A stretch of 64,000 bases of DNA from Camelus dromedarius (taxonomy: Eukaryota), in assembly GCF_036321535.1 (NCBI RefSeq), contig NC_087436.1, forward strand, positions 99,016,001 through 99,080,000, written 5' to 3'. The position numbers and the translations under genes are program-made. Every line of letters starts with the position of its first letter. Position 1 is the first letter of the stretch. The notes beneath the pieces were generated by a model. It did no database searches, was not told where the DNA came from, and saw only the letters and a program-made list of their open reading frames with translations. Below, in pieces: positions 1 to 12,298 of this stretch.

Positions 1-1381
1 TCCAGGCTGGAATGTAGCTAAAGAATAGAGGAAAAGGAGTACCTATTTGTATTGCTTTTCTTGTGTCTAAAAGGCTGTATATGAAGAGACATATTTTTTA
101 TGTAATAGAATCATTGCTACAACTGGAAAAGCTGAACCTGTGAAGTTCAAAGTCAAGCTGCAGCAGTCTGGACCCTGAGGTCCCTCCAGAAATCTGTGTC
201 TCTCTATAAGGTGAGCTTGGCTAGTAAGGCCAGGATCTTTCTTGCTGATGCCAAGTTGCAACAACCAGCATCCTGAGGCTCACTTTTGCTTTACTTTGTA
301 CTTTGTACTTTACTGAAACCCATGAATTTTTTGAGGTCCATGCACTTGTTTAGAGACCCTTAAGAACTAAACTCACAGTGGGACCACTAATACCTAAAAC
401 ATGTATCTTGGCTACACCAGAAGGAAGCCTCAATCCTTCCATCTATGTTTCAGTCCCCTCAGTTACTTATCAAGATTCCCAGCTAATGTGACAGATATTG
501 GGGCACAACTTGGCTCAATCACCAGCATGACCTTTTCTCACCTAAGTTCTTACACTTGAAGATTAAGAAAATCCCTGTTGACAAAGCTCCAAATAATCAC
601 CTTTGTTTATCTACAGACGTTTGATTCCTAATATTTTTTCTCCAGGAAACAGACTGATTTACTTATCCTGTCAGGCTGTGCTAGGCAATGCTGGAAGAAT
701 GGAAAGATGGCTTTGCAAAGAGGACAGTCGGCCTCAAAGTAAAATAAAACTTTAACAACACAAGGTATAAATGACTGTGTTCTTAATCTCAATTTATCAA
801 GGATTCAAAAAATTGGTGGACTAAGAATGAGAATGAGTTCACCTATCTTGAGAAGGTGAGTGAATGAAATTTCAGGCTAATTTTGGCTGGTATTTGGAGC
901 AGGAAGTCTGAAAAAGAAACCAGCTGAATTTTAAAGTTCACAAAAAGAAACCAAAGCCCAGTAAAATCGAAGTAGTTTTCACATTATCGCTTTAAGATAC
1001 CTGCTTATTATTCACATGTATCATTGTTTTATATAGAATTATTTTGCTTTGTTTCATTTTGCATTCCACAACAAATATAGAAAATCATTTCAGTTCAATG
1101 ACTTAAGTAAGACTTTAGTATCTAGTATGTCCACTAGATACTACTAGAATTTAAGCATGTATCACATGCACTCAGATACTTTAAGGTTTTCAGAAGAGCA
1201 TGTTTTTAATGGGAGGGGTGGGTTGATGAATATATTTCTTTTTTTCTGAATAATAACCTAGTCCTATTTCAATATGTCATGGATAGTTTTCCATGTCAGA
1301 ATGGTCAATTCTTTCTTTCTTATGGCTTTGTATAAATTTTATAGACATAATATACATTTTATTTAAATTATCTAGTATGGA

Positions 1382-1404
1382 GATATATATATATATATAT
1401 ATAA

Positions 1405-1437
<33 letters not shown>
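1382..1437. repeat. Compound (TA)n(TG)n(TA)n microsatellite
   Basis: Directly visible dinucleotide runs. Confidence 0.95.
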
Positions 1438-1717
1438 TTTAAAAAATCAGGAAAAAAGGAAAAGATAGTTTTCAATAGAAGAAATACAAATTTTACCACA
1501 TGAGATGAATTTAAGAAAACATAAATTAAAAAAATGTGAATGCTGTTCTTATTTATTTGAACAGCTCTTTTTTTAAGTCATAAAATCCTTTGTCAAGGAA
1601 GAAAAGGAAAACATGTGCTCTCATAAACTGATGCTAGGAATATAAAATTTTATGACCTTTCTGGAGGGTAGTGCTGTGAATTTTGTGATGCATATCAAAG
1701 ACGTTGATATACACAGC

Positions 1718-2215
1718 CATTTGTTAGTCCATTAAATAATTCCTCAACAAATATGTATTGCTCTGCTATGACTTGGCATAATAGGTGTACAAAACCATAT
1801 TGTTACTGCCTTAATGGATTTTAAAGTCCTGTATAAAAAGAATATGTACATGCGTAACTATATAATACAAATCATCAGGCTGTCACGTGTTACTGTGATG
1901 AAGACAAGGAGGGTGGGGGATCTCCTTACAGAAGGTGTTTAAAGGTAGGCCTCAGATCCACCTGACCAGAAGGAGCCAGCCATAGAGAAATTTCTAGCCT
2001 TGGTAGGATATTCTAGACAGGAGACACTTGTGCAAAGTCTCTCGTGTAGAAAAAAGCTTCCATTTTTTGAGAAGCTAAAAGCAAAACCAAAACAGAGTGG
2101 TTTTAAACTGTTTGCTGTGAGAGAGAAAATGAAATGTAATGACCTAAGAAGTTCAGGCAAAAGTGAAACCAAGGTAAAGAGCTTGCGTTTTATTCTAAGT
2201 GCTCTGTGTAAGCTG
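1718..2215 (-). mobile_element. L2 LINE 3' fragment, highly decayed
   Basis: 'ttcctcaacaaatatgtattgctctgctatgacttggca...ctgccttaatgga' resembles the antisense L2 3' end, followed by purine-rich L2-like sequence. Confidence 0.6.
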
Positions 2216-2605
2216 AAGTCTTTCTTCTACTTGGGCTCTTCTTGACTCTGAGTTATGATTGTCTCCCTCTAGAAGTGAAAATACTCCATGGCTTTGCTAA
2301 GGATTCATAAGCTGTTTAGTTATTCTCTGGCAGATACAGTGCTTTCTGGATTCAATCACATGACAAGAAGATCGTGCAGGAATTTTCTGCATAATTCCTG
2401 CCTATACTACAATTTCTCTGTTGATCACACAGCCAGACTGCAATGCACCAATAGCCATTTCCATCTACGATCCATTTGCATCACATCCCGAGAGTTATTT
2501 TCTTTTATGAATTCACGTAGAAAGAAAAACTGATGTGTACAGAGATGGCATAATTCTGAGCAGATCAGAACCTGTTTGTCACATATTAGATTTGTGATTT
2601 TCTGC

Positions 2606-3060
2606 TGTGGCGGTCATGGACGTGCAGCATTCAGAAGGCCTTAAAGAGAAACTGCTGCTCCCTTCAAAAAGTCTCCAGATTCTGTACCTTTAGATCTGCC
2701 GGAGCGTTCATGCCCAGGCCACACCCAGGCAGCTTCCAGCCGATGACTGAGCACCATGGGGCACTAGCGTGGGAACACTCCTGCCAAATATGGGGCTCCT
2801 CTAATGAGCAATCTGGGCTCCGCGCTTCCATCAGCCTGGGTGAGGTTCTCTCAGAGCTGCACTGCAGTCTGAGGCTGTTCCCCACACGACTCCTCTTGCT
2901 TCCCGTTTTCCTTTCACCGGTATCAGACCTGATCTAGAAGGCTCTGCCTGTCTACACCTGCTCTCTGCCCCCTTCGCTTTCATCGGCGTTTTTCCCTAAG
3001 AAATAATTTGGAAAAGTACTTTCTTCTTGGCATCTGCTTCTCAGGGGGGCCAACCAGTCA
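2606..3060 (+). mobile_element. ERVL solo LTR, LTR16-like (LTR16C-type)
   Basis: Starts TGTGGCGGTCATGGA; contains 'ctcagagctgcactgcagtctgaggct'; ends 'tcttggcatctgcttctcagggggccaaccagtca', like the LTR16 3' end. Confidence 0.75.
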
Positions 3061-3746
3061 AATCTGGCTAACTCCTTTGTGTTGACAATGAATACATAGC
3101 CAAATGAGAAAACAAGGAGTCAAAAGCCCTTTTCATTCGGTCGTGGCTGTCCGTGTTACCTCAGGGGTCAGCATGTGCACACAACATAATATATTTTCAA
3201 ATTTCATCCCATCACTCTTTTGCTTGATGTAAATACAATGTACATGTCCTAACTCTCATCCTTTTGTCTTCTTAAAGGTATATATGGGTGTTTTGAGTGA
3301 AACTTGGGAGAGACTACATTAGCCAAACAGCCATCACTTTTATAATTAGAAACTTCTATTCATTTCTGGTAGTTAACTGACATCCCTTTCTGACCACGCA
3401 AGTGCTTTAAAAATCTACGCTATCTTTTTCTATTTTGGTGATTTTTTAATATGCTAATATTGATACTTCTTTTTTTATATATTAAATAGAATAGTTGAAT
3501 CTTTACTAAAAGCTACATTATAGAGTTCCATAATACCACAGAGTTTGTGATCTCTGATATAATGACCCCTTTACATTTCTTCCAAGTAAACAGAATGCTA
3601 GGAAATTTGAATAAGCCATAGAATATATTATGTAAAGAACATGTTTATTATATAAACAAAAGAATGTTTTTATTATTATTAGGGCTCTGCATGGACCACT
3701 CAAGCTGAATTATTCAAAGAGTAAGACGCATAGAATCCAACAGTAA

Positions 3747-4100
3747 CAATTCAACAAATTATTATTAATCCACTTCTCCATGCCAGCCACATTTCTAGGA
3801 GATGTGGGAGTGAAAAAGGCAAGTAATCAAAGCTGTGGTCAAAGCTGCCTACAATATAATAGTGAACATGTGTAAAATGAAGGATAGGATGTAACAAAAG
3901 TAATCATTGAATTTAAAAAATGCCTCTGAAGCTCAAATTAATCTGAGGATCCTGGGGAAGGTTTCAGGGAACACTATCAAGAATGCAGTTTCAGTGGAGT
4001 GTAATCATTCACATTGTAAGGGATGAGGAAGAAATGAATAAAGTGATAAAACTCAGAGAATTCTCCAGTGAAGTGATGGAAAAGAGACAGTGTGACGTGG
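3747..4100 (-). mobile_element. L2 fragment
   Basis: 'caattcaacaaattattattaatccacttctccatgccagccacatttctaggagatgtggg' resembles the antisense L2 3' end. Confidence 0.5.
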
Positions 4101-4182
4101 AGTGCCAACTTGTGAAGAGAAGTAGAAGGTGGTAAGTGTTTTGACCTTTAGATCCCAGGAATTTGCCTAATCCTTACCCTGA

Positions 4183-4318
4183 CTTCATTTTATGGGATAG
4201 TTACAGTTCATAAAGATTAAGTGACTTTCCCAGGTCATACAACCTGTTTAAGGTTAGGTTGATAGCAGAGCTCCTGTCTCCCATTTAATCTCAGTGTTTT
4301 TTCTATTATACCATGCTC
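4183..4318 (-). mobile_element. MIR SINE
   Basis: Antisense MIR core 'cattttatggga...agattaagtgactttcccaggtcatacaac...tctattataccatgct'. Confidence 0.7.
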
Positions 4319-6719
4319 ACAAGTTATTTTTATTGTAATTTTATGGCCTTTGTGTAATAGAGAGTATTTTTGGTTCATCAGATACACATCTAGACTCCAA
4401 CTATAGATATTCCAAAATTAAACAATAGCTCAGCTCCCTCTCATTCTGTAATGTACAAGGTGAGTGCTGCCTTCAGCACTGTCTTTCCTAGTGACCCAAT
4501 CTAACTTCTCACATTTTCTTGTTGGACTTGTCACTTGTAGTTGATCCTCAATATTTCTGCTGGAGGCTGGATACAAGGAAGGGATCCAAGTGTCCTGATT
4601 TCTGTAAATCCAGATGATAAAGAATATAAAATTCCAATGTAAAAAAGGAGGGCGAGGCACCAGGATCAAAGACCAAAGAAATGATGAAGAGGTGATTTTT
4701 CATGTTCTTCCACATTCTGGTCTCTTCACCTTCAGTGAGCTCAGTGAAATTTGGCTAGTAAAATCTTTGTAAAAGTTTCTACTTTTACCTGGGTTTTTGT
4801 CTGATTCATACCACATGGGGAAGGTTACGTAGCCATAAAAATTCCCAAGCTTCTGCCTTCAGTGGTTGTTGCCTTATTTAAGCTATCCCTGAGGCCACAG
4901 AGGCTCCCTATCTAGTTCCCAGAAAATATAAAACACTGGGTGAAAATTTTTTGAGTCATTTTTCTCTTTCTCCCTCTACAAACTGATAGGAAAAAAGAGA
5001 GGAACAGAGCTGGGCATAGGCATATTAACATAAAATAATAAATTTTGCTAGTTGTTAGCCATGTACTCCAACACTGGTCAAAGTGAGCCTTGTGAGCTTT
5101 AGAAACAAACTGGTAAACTAGTCAGTGAGTCATTTATTTAAAATACAGTTTATTTTATTTCAAGGAAAAGGACTTTTAGCTAATTTCCTTAATGTTCTTT
5201 AAGATTTGAGCATACATTTTTGAAAGAATGGGTTATATAAAATATTTAAGGTTTTATTTAAGATTAAAAAGAACTGGGTAGTTTTCATTGGAGAAATTCA
5301 TTGTGAAATTTCATAACTCAGAACTGTATTTCATCCTATTGGCCAGTATTCTTACAAACTACAGACAAGTTTTACATACAAGGAGAGTCTTCATAATTTA
5401 TCTTTCTGACCAAGAAGAAAGCACTGCAAGAATATAGCCATGACTGAAAACAGACAGAGTATTCAGTGATGCAACTATACATTTTAGTTGCTTTTTTATC
5501 TTAATCTATGATAAATATCTATATCTACATTATTTGTGAATAGACATCAAATAATTTAAATTCAAAGATGTGATTCTCATTCTAGTTACCATTCTGGTAT
5601 TTGTCCTAAGACACTTAATTCTTACATTTATGTTATAAATATAACTATATGGAAAAAAATGGTATCTTCAGACATTTGGCAACCCATTAAACCCCTCATA
5701 ATTTTAATTTCAATACCTGAAAAGAATAATAAGGATACAAAAAATAGTAATAATGATACAAACTCAAGAGGGCTGATATTTTGAGTAATTCGACACCATG
5801 CAATTCCTTTATTCCCCACAAACAAATCCAGTCAGAGTAACAGGAAGTGGAGTGTGCTTTTGGCAGGCATACTCCTACGGGAAGATACAGACCCTGATAT
5901 GGAAAGTTAGTAAGCTTACTTTTGTATGTCTTTACAATGAACAAGACACAGTTTAATAGATGTGATCTCTTCTAATCCTTGTAACAGTAGAGTATTTTCA
6001 TGATGAGAGAACAGAGTCAGCTATTGGTAGAACAAGGATGCTAACCTGTGCATTCTGAATCTGTGACCTGTATTATTTTGATTATGATGAAGGAAATAGA
6101 AATAAGTTGTGATAATAGAAAAAAGGTATAGATTTGACAAACATAATTTTCATCATGAAAAGATCATGACCATAGAACAAAAAGGACATGGTAATTATGA
6201 GATAAGACATACAAAATCTACTTTTGAGGGCCAAAAGAGAAAAACTTACTTCAACTATAAAAATCATAATATAATCATTAGAAGTTCAAGTTGAATAGTT
6301 TAAACATTTTGCTGATTCCACATCAAGATTCATGACTTCATTGCTAACACAGTGAGATACACAAGTATAGGCAAATACAAATGCAGTATTAAAAAAAAGC
6401 AACAATCTTTGAATACCTATTATGTCCTACAAACTAGAAATTTTACATACAAATATAGATTGCATCTATACAACAACTTCTAAAAAGGATTTTTAAAAAA
6501 TTTACCCTATGTGGTCATCCGTCACAGCTCCCAGTTCTTCACTAAATCAGACCATGAGGGTTATTTCTGTAAAGGTACCATGTATGCTTGAAATGAATAT
6601 ATACCATGCAGGTTATGGAGGCTGTTTTCTCTCTACATACCTAGTTCTTGATAGTCATCACTTGTGTTGTTTATATTCTGTTTTTACTGATCTTTATCAT
6701 TCAACTACTCAGAATTGTT

Positions 6720-7145
6720 GTAGATTCATCTATTTCTCCTGGTAGATTTCTCAAGCTTTGCCTTATGTAATCCAAATTTATTAGAATGTTTATATTTTTC
6801 TCATAAACTGAATGTTATAATTTTGTAGTATGTATCACTCTAATAATGCTGTCTTAAGACCTAATCTGCTCTAGGTTCTTCTAATACTTTTGACTTATTT
6901 TTTGTTTTTTCACTTTAACATATATATTTTTTCTTAGCTATTTTAGATGTGTCAGTTGCATAAACCACATGTTTTCCTACTTAAGCATAACAAACTTGGT
7001 TTTAGCTGATGACTTTAGTTCAGGTACATTTAATGCAAGTACTGCTATAGTTATGTTTATATCTATCTATAATTTTTCTCTGAATTTTCTATTTGTCCCA
7101 CCTATTCCATGCTTTTTCTTTTCTTTTCTCATTTTTGATAGGTTT
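6720..7145 (-). mobile_element. Old L1 (L1M) fragment, ORF2 start region
   Basis: 'tttagttcaggtacatttaatgcaagtactgctatagtt' is antisense to the start of the L1 ORF2 endonuclease (TLNVNGL region). Confidence 0.55.
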
Positions 7146-7149
7146 GGAA

Positions 7150-8480
7150 ATGTTTAAAGTTGTATCAAATTCATATACATACAGAAGACTTCACATAATA
7201 ATTATGAAGTTTGATGTATTAATACAATACAAATCAAGATATTAAAAAATACAGCAGCTCCTGAACACAAGAATGCCTTTTTGTAATCTCTAACCTTCCT
7301 TCCTTCTTCTACAGAGATAACCACTACACTGACTTCTAAGACTATAAACTAGCTTTGCCTGTGTTTGAAATTTATATAAATCATAGAGCAGGTATTCTTT
7401 TTATCTGGTTACTTTTGCTAAATATTATGTTTGTGTGATATATTTTTACATTTATGTATAATTGTAATTAGCTCAGTATCAGGATTTTATGGAGTCCAGT
7501 TATACTTAAATTTTTAACTCTTCCAATGTTTATGGATTTTTGGATTATTTATATTTTTGGCTAATATAAACATTGACTATAAACAAGAATATTGTCAACA
7601 TTCTTGTGAATGGCTTTTGTTGCATAAACACATGTGGTTTTTAGGGTAGTGGTTCTTAACCAAGGGTGACTCTTGTTCCCCTGCCCGGGGACATTTGCAA
7701 TGTCTGGTAACATTTATGTGTATGATAACCAGAGATGGTAGTTATTACTGGTGTACAGTGGATAGAAGATAAGGATGTGAAAAGACATTCTCTAGACACA
7801 AGACAGACTGCCAAAACAAATCATTCTACCCAAAATGTCACCCATGACATGGTTGGGAAATCTGCTTTAAGGTGTATACTTATGAAGACTTGTGATCTAG
7901 CAGATTAATTCTTCATACTTTATTCTTTCATTTTATCCTGGCACAATTATACTTTGTATTTTTAGATAAAATTTGAATCAATATTGAGTTCTATTTTAAA
8001 ACTGCTGGAAATTTTACAAGGATTGCATTGAATCCACAGATCAGTTTGTGAAAACTTATGCTAAAAAAAAAGTCATCCAATCTACAACTTAGATTTTTCC
8101 AATTATTTGTTTTTAACCAATTATCTCAATACTGTTTAAAATTTTTCTATGTAAATGCTTTATATAATTATAGTTAAATTTATGCCTAAATATTTCATGT
8201 TTTTATGACATTGTGAAGGTAGCTACTTTAAGTTCCATTTTAATTTATTGCTTTATTTAATTGGTCTTGTATTCAATATCTTCTATAATATATGTATTAA
8301 TTCTAATACCTTACTTACAGATTCTTTTTTATTTTCTACAAACATTCTTATGCAATTTGTGAAAATGACAGTTTTATGACTTCTTCCTCAATTCTCATTT
8401 TTTTGGTCTTATTTCATTACCTGTAAAGTTCAGTAAAATATTCAATAAATAGCTTTGAGGGTCATACTTATTTTCCTCTT
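7150..8480 (-). mobile_element. Old L1 (L1ME-like) 3'UTR plus ORF2 fragment, interrupted by MER20
   Basis: 'agagataaccactacactgacttct...ctttgcctgtgtttgaaatttatataaatcatagagcaggtattc' (L1ME 3'UTR antisense); 'ggattgcattgaatccacagatcagtttg' (ORF2 antisense). Confidence 0.7.
7647..7864 (+). mobile_element. MER20 hAT-Charlie DNA transposon, near full length
   Basis: 'tagtggttcttaacc...ggggacatttgcaatgtctgg...cccaaaatgtca...ggttgggaaatctg'; degenerate TIRs; flanks ttttaggg/ctttaagg resemble a decayed 8-bp TSD. Confidence 0.9.
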
Positions 8481-8519
8481 AAGTATGAGAACTTCTTTAC
8501 TGTATATTACACTATTTCA

Positions 8520-9230
8520 GTATTTTCTCCATTATTCAATTTGAGTATTTTCTTCTGACCTACAGACCAATTCACTAATTCTCTCAACTGTGTGTCATTA
8601 GCAGTTGTACCATTCTTTGAGCTCTTATTTCAAGTTTTTATATATTACTTTGTACCACAGAATTTCCATTTGCTTTTTTTTTCTTTTTACTGACTTTAGT
8701 TCTCCATCAAAGTTTTAATTCTTGCCTCTTAATATTTAAGTCCCTAGCCTAGTTGATTAACAGTTCATGACTCATTGCCATTATTGGGATCCCTTTGGGA
8801 CCCATTCTGTTATCCATGGTTTTTCTTTATTTGTGGTCACGTGATTTTGTCTCACATTAACACCTGGTTAGTTTTTCTGCTGGGTGACCGTCATTGAAAA
8901 TGTAAAATTGTGGAGATAATTTGAGGTTTTCTATGATGTTATCGTCTTTAGAAGTTTAATTAAATTTACTTTTGCCAGACTGCTTGCCTAAGGGCAATAA
9001 TCATTTTAATCAAATAAAGAATTAAGTAATTGGAATTGGAGGGTTAGTCCCTGTGAGGACTGATCTGTTTCCAGTTCTCCCTTATTCCCAGGATCTAAGC
9101 CTCCTGGGACCGATTTAAAATTTAAGTTGTTACCGGGACTTTTCTCCATAACTGGCTTAGTACTTCAATTTTTGTTCTCCCAGCCCTGTCAGTAGGCAAA
9201 TGTTCTGTGAGTTTCCATATATTGCCAACA
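8520..9230 (-). mobile_element. Old L1/HAL1 5' region (ORF1/5'UTR) fragment
   Basis: 'ttcttctgacctacagaccaattcactaattctctcaactgtgtgtc...agaatttccatttg' resembles antisense old L1 ORF1. Confidence 0.55.
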
Positions 9231-12200
9231 CTTAGTAAATGGCAGCTTTTATTAAAGTTTGTGTTAATATTAGTATCAGACACTTCACAGGTACTTGTAG
9301 TTAGTCCTACATAATTAAGTACTATGACTCTGGCTGCAAGACTTTCTCTAGGCTCTACTGAGGTGAGACCATGGCTTACTGATACATTATGTTCCCTGGA
9401 AAAGACTTATCTCAATAACTGATAGGACTTAATCTTCACTGACAGGCATCACAGACTTCAACTTTGAAAGGCATGGGGAAGCAGGATCTGACAAATGGGA
9501 TGGGGTGGAAGTCAGCTTTTTAACATTTTAAATGTACATAGTTATGTAAATGCACATAGTTATGTGTTAAAAAGCAACATTTTTGCTATTGAGTTCTCAG
9601 TGTTCAGAATAGAAACCAGAGCAAATTAAAATTATGTAATGAAGCAAAGATGTTTTTCTCAGCCAGGAAATCATTTGCCTTGTTTTCTTCCCCCATGATG
9701 ATTCACATCAGAAGAAAAGATGTAAAACTGCTAATATGAAATTAGCCAATTAGAAACAGAATGTTGGAACCCATCAGTTTATGTGTGTTGCTTCCCGTTG
9801 CCTTTCTATTTGTTTTGTTTTTTTGTTTTTTTGGCATAGAAAAAGATGTCATTTTCCTCCACTTGATTCAATCGTATAATACTTCTCAAAAAAATAAAAT
9901 AAAGCTAAATGTCCTATACCTATACCCTCAGAAAGAAGCTAATGGTAGAGCCTTGTCTTTGTTCAAGCAATGATACATATATCCTTTACATACTTCCTAT
10001 CTGCCCTCTTAAGTAAACTTGTTTTTCCTTATGATTTTTATACGGCTAGGTATTCAAATTCTCCTAGTTATCTGTAATTATATATTTAAGTGGAATAAAT
10101 CATTTTAATCTTAAAATTCCACATGTGAATATCTATAGACCTTTAAGGTCTGTATGCTTATACTGATATCATATTGGAGACATATGCCCTTTTGGTATCA
10201 TATGCTCATCTTGGTATCAGTTACCACCCAGGTGCTTTATTTTCTGTATACTGAGATACCACTTTGCCCATAAGTATTTATGAACTTCTATTCTTACCAG
10301 TAGTTACTCTCACATTTCATGGTTGGAAAGAGTTTTTCTTGTAAAATATTGAATGCAATTCAAGTGTGAGAAAGATCATCTTCAAACTAATTAACTAGTG
10401 GTGCAGTAATTGTACAAAGGAGATAGATAACTGCAAATACTCCATGTCTCTCATAGTCCACTATTTGGGGTCTCGGTACTGTAGTCATCTCTTTCTATAT
10501 TGTATCCTTCAAGAATTAACCACAGTACACTTTACCTGACACTCCTCTTGGAGTATTCTCAAATCTATACAACAAATGGCACACATACACCTTAAATTCA
10601 GTTCCATGTTGCTAATTGCTTTCCACATTTGTCCATTCAGTTGAGTAATTGCTCCCTCAAGATCGCATAACTTAAATCAAAGCCATCATATTCCCCAACA
10701 CCAACAAACACAATCCAACTTTTAACTTTTCTATTTCCAGCAATTCTTCCAATAATCACTTAAAGGCAATAAACCTGATTGGGCACAGCTGTGTGTGAGG
10801 CACAACTCATTACCTAAAAGAGTGCATTATCTGTGTCTCTCAGGATGCAGCACACAATTTTAAGTCACAGGGTCAGCTTTTCCTCTAATTGATAGGCCCG
10901 GAAAATAAAGGCATGCAAGTTGTATTCTCTAGAGGATCTCTGGAGGATAGAATCTTAAGATTTATCTTGTCACTGATACATGGTCCTTGACAATCCAATT
11001 ATTTTCAAAGGGTGTTTGCAGTACACATAAGACAGTCCAGGGTCCTTAAGGTGCAATCATAATTATAATTAACCAGGCACACTGGGAATTTTCATATGTG
11101 AGCAAGATCACAAGCTACTAGACAGAGATTCACCATGATCTTTACTTGCCAGAGATCATAATGGCATAGAAAAGCTACCATGCACTCTAAAGTACATAAT
11201 GCGATTTCCTCCTCTTGTTCAGGTAGAATGCGGTGTTTGATACAATTAGTGATCATTCACTGATTAAGATTTAATAGAATTTTCAGTGTCACATATTTGA
11301 TAATTTTCCCTCTTCATTATGGACTTAATTTGTGTAGCCAAATGGAAATTTCTCTGTGGGAGTTTACTCCTATATTGATCCTTGAGTTCTTTTTTTTTTA
11401 ACATATTAAACAACATTGAGTAAAATTTTACTATGTGCAAGGCTTCTGACTCTAAGTGAATTTTCGTAGCATACCTGACAGTAAATATGAAACAAAATGT
11501 AAAAGGTGATTAATTCAGAGATGATTTAGAAGTCATTGATTAATTATTTTTCCTCTAGCAGACTGTGTAAAGATGTTATAATCTGGATTACAAATCTAGG
11601 TCTCTTTTTGGGAATGTAAATCCAATCATAAAAATATGAAACCAGAATCAATTTTCCTCTTCTATAGTTTAATATAGTGTGTTATTCTGTCAAAAGAACA
11701 CATTTAGAAGAAGAAATGGCTAAATTTATGTACTGAAGGGAATTTCACAGTTTATTTCTCTGAGTTTCAAATCCTTCAATTCCCTTTTCTCTTTTCTTTC
11801 CCCCACCCCGGTGATCACAATCAGTAAAAAGTGCCAATAATAATAAAGGCATTTGCACTGCTGAAAAATTTTAAGTGAAAACTCTTGCCAACAAACACCA
11901 GCTGTACTGTGATCTTTCACTGTTGACTCCTACTATTCAGCAGCTTCTTTCTCCCTTTCTATCCTGCCTTGGAAATATGCAGTGAGAATTTCAGATCTCA
12001 ATACATATTTTAGGGTGCTTTAAAAGTCATACAGTTGTCATGATAAGGAAATTTTAGATAAGCAACAACAGAGAAGGAAAAAAAAAAAGTCTTCATAGCA
12101 TCAGTTTAATTACTTCCACATTCAAAGCACAAGCAGGGATCCCATTTGCATCAAATCTGTTAGAACAATGATCACTGCTGCCAGACATTATTAAATGGTT

Positions 12201-12280
12201 GTGCACACTAACCAGCTCCATAAGATGTCGCTGCAGAATAAGGACCTCAAAGCACTGATAAATAGACCAAATGAATCTTT

Positions 12281-12298
12281 AAAAAAAAAAAAAAAAAA
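12281..12298. repeat. Poly(A)18
   Basis: Visible homopolymer run. Confidence 0.9.

Noticed and set aside
152..178. GTCAAGCTGCAGCAGTCTGGACC reads VKLQQSGP, like a mouse IgH V framework-1 start
   Set aside because: Followed immediately by TGA; no downstream Cys/Trp framework residues, leader exon or RSS; chance match.
1116..1143. Perfect 11-bp hairpin TAGTATCTAGT-atgtcc-ACTAGATACTA
   Set aside because: AT-rich and short enough to occur by chance in 64 kb; too short for a pre-miRNA.
2664..2937. Overlapping 73-75 aa ORFs in GC-rich sequence
   Set aside because: They lie within the LTR16 solo LTR and show no protein similarity I recognise.
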